In this document: positions 8,372 to 16,790 of the stretch, one piece after another | Layout: each line of letters begins with the position of its first letter | How positions within the stretch are numbered: position 1 is the first letter of the stretch | IMG/VR virus record: IMGVR_UViG_3300045961_000143 | Location: 1-36,755 of that record | Direction: 5' to 3' (one strand) | DNA from: a virus | Taxonomy: Duplodnaviria > Caudoviricetes | Length of the DNA: 36,755 bases | The notes under the pieces: model-generated | What the model was told of the DNA's origin: nothing | What the model saw: the letters and a program-made list of their open reading frames with translations, nothing else | The model's database searches: none | Made by a program: the position numbers and the translations under genes

Positions 8372-9343
8372 TTAGGCTTGCAGACGACCCTGGAACTGAG
8401 CGCCAGAGCTTGTCAAGTTGCCAGCCCAAGCCAGGATCTGAACTTCAGCGTCCTGGTTGATCGCGTAGCGACGGTTAGGCGACAGCGGAACCATGTTGCG
8501 CTGTGCATGCGGACGCCACTTGATGTACTTGGTGTTCAACATGAAGCCGGTGTTGGCAGGGCAGTAGCCGCCGATACCGCCGTCCAGGACCACGTCGGCG
8601 TCCATGAACTTCAGTGTGGGGAAGCCCAGGTTGCCGGTCTCGGCGCTGGTGAAGCGCTGCTGAGCCTGCAAGCTGCCCATGTAGAACGTCCAGTAGTTGT
8701 TGTCCAGGACGATCAGGTCAGGACGGTCAGAACCACGGATCAGCGAAGACCACAGCTTGTTCATCGCGGCTTGGATGGTGCTGGACGACGCTGTCACGCT
8801 TTGGGCGCTGAAGTCGTACAGCTGCGAGCGCCAGAAGGCCCAAGTGGCGCGGTCGATGCCACCGTAGGTGCCGGTCGTTGGGTCAGAGGGCACAGCGGCG
8901 TTCAGGCCGGTGACTTCTTTGCCCGAGGAACCGGTGCCGTCGGAGTAGATCGACTGGGCCAGCTTGTTCATCATGGTGCTCTCGGCCACGTTCAAGCGGG
9001 CCTCCAACAGGTCGATGAACTGCTCTTTGCCGCTGTTCTGCAGCATTTCCAGGCCGCTCATAACGACTGGAACTGCGAACTGCTTGATCTGGAATTCAGC
9101 GGCGCTGATCACGTCCTGGGCTGCCACGGGCAGCAAGTCGTAACCAGAGTAGAAGCCTGCGTTGGCGTTTTCAGCGAACGACAGTTCTTCAAAAATGACG
9201 TTACCGCCAGAAATGGTCTTGACGTTGCCGCGCTGATTCAGCTTGGCCAACAGGGCGTTGTTTTTTGTGACGTTGTCCGCGATCTGACGCGAACGGTTTT
9301 GAATCGTCGTTGCGACGATGTCACTGACGTTTGGAAATGCCAT
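8372..9343 (-). CDS. Major capsid protein (323 aa)
   Basis: MAFPNVSDIVATTIQNRSRQIADNVTKNNALL start, capsid-like size, follows the scaffold gene, GGAGAG RBS. Confidence 0.9.
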   Translation of the reverse strand: MAFPNVSDIVATTIQNRSRQIADNVTKNNALLAKLNQRGNVKTISGGNVIFEELSFAENANAGFYSGYDLLPVAAQDVISAAEFQIKQFAVPVVMSGLEMLQNSGKEQFIDLLEARLNVAESTMMNKLAQSIYSDGTGSSGKEVTGLNAAVPSDPTTGTYGGIDRATWAFWRSQLYDFSAQSVTASSSTIQAAMNKLWSSLIRGSDRPDLIVLDNNYWTFYMGSLQAQQRFTSAETGNLGFPTLKFMDADVVLDGGIGGYCPANTGFMLNTKYIKWRPHAQRNMVPLSPNRRYAINQDAEVQILAWAGNLTSSGAQFQGRLQA

Positions 9344-9530
9344 GATTACTCTCCATCTGAGTGTTGGATACGGGCTTTCGCCCACCTTGTTCAGATGCGC
9401 CTATGCGAACCGATCACAGTCCGGCTGGTTCCAGGTGGGACGCCGGGGGCGTCTCCTAAGAGCATTGCGGTGGCTGGGGTGCTTGGGCACACCATGTCGA
9501 GCATTACCTCGACATGGTGTGATTATGGCA
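9344..9530 (-). ncRNA. Candidate structured 5' leader of the capsid gene
   Basis: Perfect 14-bp hairpin at 9488-9521, GACGCC/GGCGTC hairpin, GGGC-GAAA-GCCC tetraloop, and a CATCTGA/TCAGATG stem abutting the RBS. Confidence 0.5.
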
Positions 9531-10658
9531 TCAGCGTGAGGACATCTGAATGGCCGCCTCGATCGCAGAGCGCACGTCGGTGCTTTCCTGCTTCAACGCA
9601 CCCCTGGGCGCGGCCCCAGACACCTGCACGGCCGCAGACTTGGCCTTTTGCGCAGCCTGGGTGCCCTGCTGAGCGCCCTGGGCCCTGACGCGCTGCGAAA
9701 TCACCGAGCGCACGGTGTCGTTCATCATGCAGGCCTTCTTGTACGCGTCGGCCAGGGTCAAGTTCTGGCCACGGCGCTGGGCGGTCTCGATCAAGTCGGC
9801 CATGTCCTCGCGCACGTCGTTGCCGAATTCAGCACGCTCCAGGAACATGGACACCTCGGACTGGGCCGCTTGAACGGCCTGCTGCTGCCGCTCCATCTGG
9901 GCCTGCTGGAACTGCGTGAGCATGTTCTGCATCGGGGCCAGGCGCTGGTTCAGCACCTGCTCCATGGCCAGCTGCTGCGGGTCTTGCTTGGGCGTCTGGC
10001 CAGCCAGGGCACCGTCCAGCATCTCGATGAAGCCATTGCCAAAGCGGCCGATGCCGAACTGGTTGACGATGCCCGCCACCATGGTGGCCAGCTCGGGCGC
10101 GGTGCCGGTGCGCAAACGCGCCGCCGTGCTCATCAGGTTGTCGATGGCCTGCAGCGGGTTGCTGTTCTCGGCGCGGATGAACGCTTGGTAAGGCTCGATC
10201 GTCTTCATCACAGACTCGGCCGTCTTGCGGGCCTCGGCGGTTTCTTGCAGCGTGCGGGCCACTTCGGTCTCGCGTCGCTGGATCTCAGCACGCACAGGCT
10301 CAGGCAGTGAGCTCCAGTGCTCGCGGATGTCAGGACGCCAAGACGCCGGGGCCTTTTCGCCTGGCTGACGCGGGCCTGACTTAGGCCCAGCCTGCACACC
10401 CTCGGATTTTTTGAACTTGCCGTTTTCGTCGCGCTCTGGTTGTTGAACATCCTGGTTTTCAGCAGGCTTGTCCTCGGCCAAAGCGTTCAGATCCTGCGAT
10501 GCCGCAGGGGCTGCTGCTGGCGAATCAGCTGGCGCTGGTTCGTTGGCCGCAACCGGCTCGGGCGCAAAGTCTTGCGCGGGCGCTGACGGCAGTGGCTCGT
10601 CGGCTTTTTCAAACGCGGCCTCAATGGCGTCGCGCATGGTTGTCGTGGGTTCGCTCAT
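9531..10658 (-). CDS. Scaffolding protein (375 aa)
   Basis: Acidic Pro/Ala-rich N-terminus, RDENGKF and APASW motifs, Gln-rich coiled coil, upstream of capsid. Start MSEPTTT at 10658. Confidence 0.8.
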   Translation of the reverse strand: MSEPTTTMRDAIEAAFEKADEPLPSAPAQDFAPEPVAANEPAPADSPAAAPAASQDLNALAEDKPAENQDVQQPERDENGKFKKSEGVQAGPKSGPRQPGEKAPASWRPDIREHWSSLPEPVRAEIQRRETEVARTLQETAEARKTAESVMKTIEPYQAFIRAENSNPLQAIDNLMSTAARLRTGTAPELATMVAGIVNQFGIGRFGNGFIEMLDGALAGQTPKQDPQQLAMEQVLNQRLAPMQNMLTQFQQAQMERQQQAVQAAQSEVSMFLERAEFGNDVREDMADLIETAQRRGQNLTLADAYKKACMMNDTVRSVISQRVRAQGAQQGTQAAQKAKSAAVQVSGAAPRGALKQESTDVRSAIEAAIQMSSR

Positions 10659-10662
10659 GGTG

Positions 10663-10986
10663 TTACCTGCTTTGGAGTTGTGAAATCGCACGCTCTATGT
10701 CGCGCTTGCTGAATGTGCCGCCCTCGGTGAAAAGGCGCTCACGCTTGGCCTGGTTTTGAGCCCAGGTGTTCTTGAAATCGTCGGCAGTCGTCAGGCCATT
10801 GGCCTTCATGTACTCGCGGTGCTTGGTTCGTGTGCTGATGTCGGTGCCGTCGGTGGCCGTCAGGCCGTCATAGCTGCGGTCACCCCACAGCGCACCGGAG
10901 TCGGTGCGCAGCTCGGCTTGGTGGTCGGCGGTGATCTCAATCAGCTCACCTGTCTTGCGGTCTTGAATGTAGCGGCGTCTTGTCAT
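10663..10986 (-). CDS. Conserved hypothetical head-operon protein (107 aa)
   Basis: DGTDISTRTKHREYMKANG motif typical of genes preceding the scaffold in such phages. Confidence 0.75.
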   Translation of the reverse strand: MTRRRYIQDRKTGELIEITADHQAELRTDSGALWGDRSYDGLTATDGTDISTRTKHREYMKANGLTTADDFKNTWAQNQAKRERLFTEGGTFSKRDIERAISQLQSR

Positions 10987-11005
10987 GGTGTGATAAACTC
11001 AACGT

Positions 11006-11194
11006 ATGAAAACTCTGATTTACATTGAACACGATCCCGACACCGCCGAAACGGTGTGCAGGTTCGCGGACGAATTCTCTGAAATGCCCCAAGCTGTGCA
11101 GCTGGATGTTGCGCACGCGGCAGCGGAGCGGCTCATTTCGTTGGTCGCCAGCCTTGAGGCCATCATTGCCCGCTCCGGCCCAAGTAATCCATGA
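11006..11194 (+). CDS. Small acidic protein antisense to the late operon (62 aa), candidate immunity protein/moron
   Basis: Fills the only gap in the head operon. An extended -10 (TG-A-TAAACT, 10991-10999) lies 6 nt before the ATG and there is no SD, suggesting a leaderless mRNA. Confidence 0.55.
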   Translation: MKTLIYIEHDPDTAETVCRFADEFSEMPQAVQLDVAHAAAERLISLVASLEAIIARSGPSNP

Positions 11195-12476
11195 TGCCGT
11201 CGAGCCACTGCTGATCGAACACCTCAAAGTCCGAGTTGTTGACCTGCAGTGATCGATGCGTCTGCGCTGGGTTGCGACCCATCGCCCGGTGCTTGTCGTA
11301 GGTCTTGGGAAAGACCACCTCTGGCGGCAGTGACCGCGCCAGGCCCCCCATGTATTCGCCTGGGATCACCGTGTCGTAGGAGCCGTGCGGCATCCGAACG
11401 TCGGCCCCAGTGATGACCGACCTGTCGGGCCTGGCCTTGAACACCGTGAACCCTGACGCCCCGATTGGCACGTCCTTGAGCTCTCGTTGCGTGACTGCGT
11501 CGATGATGTCGTCGTAGACCGGGAAGCCCTGGTTCTGGTACTCGGCTTTTTTCAGCGTGTTGACGATGGCCTTGCGCACTTGGCCAGCGCCCTCCATCGA
11601 GAACGCGTCGCGGCCAAGAATCTGCGCCAGCGCATCGGGTGATTGCAGGCCCACAAACTCAGGCGCAAAGCGCTTGATCTCTTTGTCTGCGCCGCTCATC
11701 GCGGCCTTGTTGGGGCGCAGCAAGCGCAGCTGCTTGATCATGGCCTCGGCCACAGGCGTGGCAAAGTCCACGCCGCTGAGATCCATCGCGCTGTACACGC
11801 CGACAGGCTCGCGGCCGGTGGCGTCTGCAGCACGCTGGAACTGTTTCTGTTTGCCAGAGGCTGCGCCCTTCATGCTTGCCCAGCCAGCACCCGTGCCCAG
11901 CTCCTTGTTCAGCTGCGCATAGGCCGGGCCACCCTCCAGGCGAACGCCGTCATCGAGCGGGATGCCGCGCAGCTGCCGGATCAATGCGCCCGCACGGCTG
12001 CGATCGCCCTGCACTTGCACGCCCACCTTGCCGTACAAGTCCTCGGGCGTGATGATCTTGCGCGGGGTGGTTGTGATGATGTCGTCGACGATCGTTTCGC
12101 CGCCCTCGCGCATGGCCTCGCGGTGCTGCACACCCTTGTTGCGTGCCACCTTCTCCATGCGCGTGACCCACGCCTTTTCGGCTGCGGTCATGCTGTCTTT
12201 TGCTGGATCAGCACCACGGAGCGCTTTTGTCACCGCCCTGGTCATGCCACCAGCCACGGGGATCATGCCCAGGCCCGCCAGGCCCATGCCCAGCTTGTCG
12301 TTGTCACGCCTGGCCCGCTCAAAATCACGGGCGCTCAGGGCGGTGCCAACGCCAGGCAGAAAACCGGCCGCCACATCAGTGGCGACATCGCCCATGTCCG
12401 AGTCTTCGGGCGCGTCGAGCGTCACGAACTTGCGTGCGCGATTGCGTAGGGCGTCAATCATTGACTGTGCGTCCAT
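11163..12476 (-). CDS. 437-aa protein with pre-toxin-TG-like N-terminus and unknown C-terminal domain
   Basis: DVAAGFLPGVGTALSARD...GMGLAGLGMIPVAG resembles PT-TG motifs. GAGG RBS. Confidence 0.75.
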   Translation of the reverse strand: MDAQSMIDALRNRARKFVTLDAPEDSDMGDVATDVAAGFLPGVGTALSARDFERARRDNDKLGMGLAGLGMIPVAGGMTRAVTKALRGADPAKDSMTAAEKAWVTRMEKVARNKGVQHREAMREGGETIVDDIITTTPRKIITPEDLYGKVGVQVQGDRSRAGALIRQLRGIPLDDGVRLEGGPAYAQLNKELGTGAGWASMKGAASGKQKQFQRAADATGREPVGVYSAMDLSGVDFATPVAEAMIKQLRLLRPNKAAMSGADKEIKRFAPEFVGLQSPDALAQILGRDAFSMEGAGQVRKAIVNTLKKAEYQNQGFPVYDDIIDAVTQRELKDVPIGASGFTVFKARPDRSVITGADVRMPHGSYDTVIPGEYMGGLARSLPPEVVFPKTYDKHRAMGRNPAQTHRSLQVNNSDFEVFDQQWLDGIMDYLGRSGQ

Positions 12477-12484
12477 CGTCTACC

Positions 12485-12850
12485 TCACTTAAGCATGCGC
12501 AGTTTGTAAATCGTTGTCTGGTACAGAGCCACGATCTCGTCGATCGAGTTCTGCAGCGGGGTTTCTTCCTGGTCGCACACCTCGTAGCGGTAGCGCTCGA
12601 TCCACTCCATGTGCTCTTCCAGCTCGTCGGCGATGTTCTCGTCGATGTCGCAGGCCTTGACCTCGACCTTCAGGCGCTTGCCGTAGTAGCCCTGGTACTG
12701 CTCGACAAACGCGTCGGTCAGGTCGCTCAACACCTCGTAGAACGCGGCCAGGGCCATGTGCTGCGAGTAGCTGTCGGTCGCCCAGTGGGCCACATGCCCA
12801 CGCGAGCGGGACTTGACCAGCAGCGTCACAAATTCATTTGCTTTTTCCAT
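12485..12850 (-). CDS. Ferritin/Dps-like protein (DUF5856-type, 121 aa)
   Basis: HVAHW...SYSQHMAL..FY...D.FVEQYQGYYG...LQNSIDEI...YKL pattern. Confidence 0.8.
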   Translation of the reverse strand: MEKANEFVTLLVKSRSRGHVAHWATDSYSQHMALAAFYEVLSDLTDAFVEQYQGYYGKRLKVEVKACDIDENIADELEEHMEWIERYRYEVCDQEETPLQNSIDEIVALYQTTIYKLRMLK

Positions 12851-12858
12851 GTGTCACC

Positions 12859-13155
12859 TCAACCAAAAATTCCAACAGCAATCACCTGCGACGCAGAACC
12901 AGTGGTTACCGTAAAACCCGTCGAGACTGACGAGATGTTTAGCTCCACGCTGTACACGCCCTTGCCCGCGTTGGCGGGCACGATGATGTGGTTGTGATCG
13001 TCATGGCCAAGAGCCACTTCGCCGTGGCTGTTGTCCGTAATGGTCACCACCATGCGGTGCAGGTAGCTGCCCGCCGTGCTGCCAGGAATCGGTGCCGCTG
13101 TCTGACTGGCCTCGATCAGGTAGTGCTCAAATTGATACGGCGTGTTGATGCTCAT
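12859..13155 (-). CDS. Small beta-rich putative virion protein (98 aa)
   Basis: GAGG RBS, immediately after portal. Confidence 0.7.
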   Translation of the reverse strand: MSINTPYQFEHYLIEASQTAAPIPGSTAGSYLHRMVVTITDNSHGEVALGHDDHNHIIVPANAGKGVYSVELNISSVSTGFTVTTGSASQVIAVGIFG

Positions 13156-13163
13156 GGTTCACC

Positions 13164-15107
13164 TCACTGCATTGGACCGCCGACCTGCGGCATTTGGGGT
13201 GCTGCCGGTGGCAGCTGTGGCTGGGGCTGTAAAACACCCATCGCACGCAGCTGAGCCTCTTTGGCCATCGCGTCCATGTTGGTGTCTTTGGCCTTGGCCA
13301 TGCGCTGTGCAGCACCGGCCTGCTTCTCGGCCACCTCGGCCTCTTGCATCGGGTTGGGCTGCTGTTGCTGGGGAGCGCCCTGCTGCTTGAGTGCACCAAT
13401 GGCCTGGTCGATCACGCTCTCGATCTGCGTCGACACGCGGAACTTGCTCACGCTCCACTGCAGCAGCGACATCAGCACAGGCGCGGCACCAGGCACCGAC
13501 TGGGCCATCGGCGCGACCTGCGAGATGAACGCCCCCAACCCCTGCATGAACTGCACGGCCGCATCGCGCTCTGCCGCCCAGTCAAGCGCGGCCATCGAGT
13601 CGGCCTCGATGTTGATGCGGTACTCGTTCATCTGCTCGTCTTTCAGCAGCTGAACAGCCTGCAGCGCCAGCGGTGCGTCGGGCGTGCGCTCGATGTTGCT
13701 GCGCTTGATGATCGTCTCGGGCTGGAAGTGCTTGCAGATGATCTCGGCCTTGATGCGCAGCGCCTGCGTGATCCAGTCAGCGATGTAGAACTGCTTGAGC
13801 TGGATGCGCGTGGAGCCGAACTGGGCCTTGATCTGCTGAGCGGCCGCCGTCTCGCTGGCCTTGGAGCTGCCGCGCATGATGTCCGAGATGCCCAGCACCT
13901 CGTAGATCTGCATGACCTTGTCCTGGCGGTACTGGCGCAGGTGGCCGATCGCGTTGACCACCTGGTCGATCGGAATCCAGTCGATCTGGCCCTTGATGCC
14001 GCCCTTCTCAGCGAACATCGCCCAGTTGTCCACAGGGATCATCTGGTTTTCGGTGCCCTGGTTGAACACGCGCTGAATGCCGTCTGAGCTCTTGTCGTAC
14101 ACGCCCACCACCTTGGCCGCACGCGTGAGCCAGGTGATGCGTGTGTTGATCTCGTCGAGCTCCTCAAACTGGTCCTGTGCGAAAACGTAGTCCGCACGCG
14201 GCATGAAGTTGGAGCTGGTGACGTTGGCCGCCAAGGGCTTGGGGCACGGGAAAAACGCGTCGAGACCCAGTGGGTCGTCCTTCACGTCCAGGATCACGTC
14301 GCAGCTCTTGGCGTACCAGTACACCTTGCGCGTTTCCTTGCACCAGATCTCAAAAACCTCGGCCTTGTTCCAGGGGTCGTTCTTGGGCGACTGGTCGTTG
14401 ACCTGGTCCTTCTTGCTGTAGTTGCCCAGCGGCACTTGACTTGCGATCGCGTCGCCAAAGCGCTCCTTGAGCTGGTCTTTGGTCATGAACACGCGACGCG
14501 CCACCCAGCGCACCTCATGCCATGTGCGGGCCGGACTGTAGAAAAAGTCCTCCCAGTAGATGTAGTCGCAGGGCGCGTCTTCGTTGACGATGCGCTCAGC
14601 CTCGGCGGCCGGGCTGATCTCTTGGCCAAACTCGTCAAACACGGCCGGGATCTCGTAGGGCTCGGTCGTCACCTCGTAACGCAGCCAGATCTGGCCAGAG
14701 CCCACCACCAGCCAGTCCTCAATGCCCTGGCGCACCGCCGAGTCCCAGGCCGACACGTTGTCGTTGAAGGCACGGTTGAGCAGTCGCTGCAAGATCGTGC
14801 CCGACACACGCGCCACGTCGTCGTCGTAGTCCTGGAACGAACGCGACACGTCGGCCTTCGGGGGCCGGGCATACAGCATCGACAGCAGCACCTGCATCGT
14901 TGACCAGAACAAGTTGACCTTGCTCTCGTCCTTGGAGTACGCGTCGCGCTTGTCCAGGTAGCGCCGCGTGATCCGGTTGGCGTCCTGGTGGAACTTCAGC
15001 AGCTCCTGCTGCGAAGCCTGAATCTCGGTCTGCCATCTCGCGGCCAGACCGACAGGCGTGTTCTCAAAATCGCTGTCGCTCGTAATCGGTGCGCTGTTGA
15101 TCATCAT
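13164..15107 (-). CDS. Portal protein (647 aa)
   Basis: Follows terL with an ATGA overlap. NLFWST, FFPCPKPL and ETAAAQQIK motifs and a Gln/Pro-rich tail as in P22-type portals. Confidence 0.88.
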   Translation of the reverse strand: MMINSAPITSDSDFENTPVGLAARWQTEIQASQQELLKFHQDANRITRRYLDKRDAYSKDESKVNLFWSTMQVLLSMLYARPPKADVSRSFQDYDDDVARVSGTILQRLLNRAFNDNVSAWDSAVRQGIEDWLVVGSGQIWLRYEVTTEPYEIPAVFDEFGQEISPAAEAERIVNEDAPCDYIYWEDFFYSPARTWHEVRWVARRVFMTKDQLKERFGDAIASQVPLGNYSKKDQVNDQSPKNDPWNKAEVFEIWCKETRKVYWYAKSCDVILDVKDDPLGLDAFFPCPKPLAANVTSSNFMPRADYVFAQDQFEELDEINTRITWLTRAAKVVGVYDKSSDGIQRVFNQGTENQMIPVDNWAMFAEKGGIKGQIDWIPIDQVVNAIGHLRQYRQDKVMQIYEVLGISDIMRGSSKASETAAAQQIKAQFGSTRIQLKQFYIADWITQALRIKAEIICKHFQPETIIKRSNIERTPDAPLALQAVQLLKDEQMNEYRINIEADSMAALDWAAERDAAVQFMQGLGAFISQVAPMAQSVPGAAPVLMSLLQWSVSKFRVSTQIESVIDQAIGALKQQGAPQQQQPNPMQEAEVAEKQAGAAQRMAKAKDTNMDAMAKEAQLRAMGVLQPQPQLPPAAPQMPQVGGPMQ

Positions 15108-16447
15108 CCAACCCTTCCAGACTGCGGTTGCTGGCAGTCCCAAATGTCATTAAGTGCAAAGGCGTAGCTCGCGCCCGCCCCTGGTAGTGATGTGATTGTA
15201 GTGACGCGGCGCGATTTCCTCGATGTCGTCTTCGCGGCAAGAGCCAGGTATCGGAACGAGTCTGAGGCGTGGCTGTGTTGGTCGTGCTTGGGCCGGTTGC
15301 GGTAGGTCTGCGTCTTTTCGTCCCACTCGCGCATGTACGCCCGCAGGTGCTCAAGACCCTCGTAGGTCTTCTCCTCGTCGAAGTAGCACTGAGGAATCAC
15401 CAGACGCGCCGCCTCGATGCCGTCCTGCAGGCTCATCTCGGGCACCAGGTTGGGCCGGATGCCGTTGGCCAGGAACTGCTCGATGATCGACTTGCCGGTC
15501 TGCAAGCTCTTGGCGCGGGCGTCGTGCGGCAGGAAGATGCCCTTGGGGTTGACCAGGTACGGCCTGCTCTTGACCCAGTCGATGTAGTGCTGGATCGGCT
15601 GGTTGTCGTCCTCCATGAAGTCGACAATCCGCAGCCCGTCGTGCGTCTCCTGCCAGCCCCACCATGAGCAGCTGTCCGTGTAGCCCAGGTCGGCCACCAG
15701 GTTCACAGGGAACGCCGGGTCGATCGCGTGCTTGCCGATGCGCCCCTCGCTGTACGCCTCGCCGATCGGCTTGGCAAAGTACGCCCCAGGCACGGCCGCG
15801 TCGAACGAGCACTCGTACTCAACCAGGAACGCGTCCTCGGTCATCTGGGCCTTGGCGTCGCGCAGTTCCTCAGGGTGGATGATCCCGGTCTTGCTCGCGG
15901 GCAGCTCCAGCAGTAAGTGCGTCTCGGGGTTCATGCGGGCTTCCTCCCGCAGGTTCCAAAACATGTTCTTGCCGGCCGGCGTCCCGGCAAAGATGGCCCA
16001 GCCGCGTCGGTCTGACAGGGCCGGACGCAACACCTTGTACCAAGCCGATGGCCGGATCTGGCCGACCTCGTCCAGCACCACCCCGTCAAAGTACATGCCG
16101 CGCAGCGCGTCGTAGTTGTCAGCGCCCGCCACGTAGATCGTCGACTCGCCGCCGTGGCCGTTGTTGATCGTGATCTTCAGCTCGGACTCGTTGGGCGGCT
16201 TGCTCCACATCGGCCGCGTCAGGTCCTTGAGGTACGTCCACGCGACCCTCTTGGCCTGGTCACGCTGCGGGGCCATGTACGCGAACTGGGGCTTGGGCAG
16301 CGCTGTCTCCAACGCGCCGATCACCAGGTCGGCGCACATGGCCACCGTCTTGCCCGCACGCCGATGCGCCACCACGCACACCCAGCGCTTGCTGCGGTTG
16401 TGCAGGGGCGTGAAGACGTCACGGGGTTTGTATTCGTTGAGGTTCAC
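15104..16447 (-). CDS. terL: Terminase large subunit (447 aa)
   Basis: AHRRAGKT Walker A, GVVLDE Walker B, GTP coupling motif, nuclease DLG...D and HDQHSHASDSFRY. Confidence 0.96.
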   Translation of the reverse strand: MNLNEYKPRDVFTPLHNRSKRWVCVVAHRRAGKTVAMCADLVIGALETALPKPQFAYMAPQRDQAKRVAWTYLKDLTRPMWSKPPNESELKITINNGHGGESTIYVAGADNYDALRGMYFDGVVLDEVGQIRPSAWYKVLRPALSDRRGWAIFAGTPAGKNMFWNLREEARMNPETHLLLELPASKTGIIHPEELRDAKAQMTEDAFLVEYECSFDAAVPGAYFAKPIGEAYSEGRIGKHAIDPAFPVNLVADLGYTDSCSWWGWQETHDGLRIVDFMEDDNQPIQHYIDWVKSRPYLVNPKGIFLPHDARAKSLQTGKSIIEQFLANGIRPNLVPEMSLQDGIEAARLVIPQCYFDEEKTYEGLEHLRAYMREWDEKTQTYRNRPKHDQHSHASDSFRYLALAAKTTSRKSRRVTTITSLPGAGASYAFALNDIWDCQQPQSGRVG

Positions 16448-16614
16448 GCCTCGCCCCTACGCTTTGCACCCAGCCAGGCCCAGTAGTGCTCGTCCTGCCG
16501 GTGCCCGTTGCACGCGTGCAGCGGAACCCCGAACTCGTTGTAGCCAGGCTTGCCGATGTTGCGGTACGACTCCCAGACGCGCCGCTGGATTTCTTCAATT
16601 TGTTCGTGCGTCAT
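16444..16614 (-). CDS. Small hypothetical protein (56 aa, MTHEQIEEIQRRVW...), not in the ORF track
   Basis: Translated manually. Its stop overlaps the terL start (GTGA) and a TAGAAT -10 lies upstream. Confidence 0.6.
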   Translation of the reverse strand: MTHEQIEEIQRRVWESYRNIGKPGYNEFGVPLHACNGHRQDEHYWAWLGAKRRGEA

Positions 16615-16639
16615 TGCGTTTTTCTCATCATTCTATTTT

Positions 16640-16790
16640 TGGGTGGTGAATTTTGGCGGGGGGCCCCGGCCTCGGCCGACCCCCCACCCCCGGCTCGATG
16701 GGGGGATGGGGGTCTAGGAAATTCGGCCCACGCAGGCCCCTGGAAGGGCCAGCAACGCGCGATCGGCAGCTGGCCTGTGGGGTAGTAGCC
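16640..16790. other. G/C-tract inverted-repeat region after terS, candidate pac site
   Basis: GACCCCC...GGGGGTC hairpin at 16678-16714 with homopolymer runs. Position next to terS suggests packaging initiation (inference). Confidence 0.4.

Noticed and set aside
7994-9688. Long antisense ORFs (564 aa here; also 2236-3177, 5423-6640, 6733-7632, 25761-26594, 35735-36613)
   Set aside because: These are shadow frames of high-GC3 genes, with no recognisable motifs.
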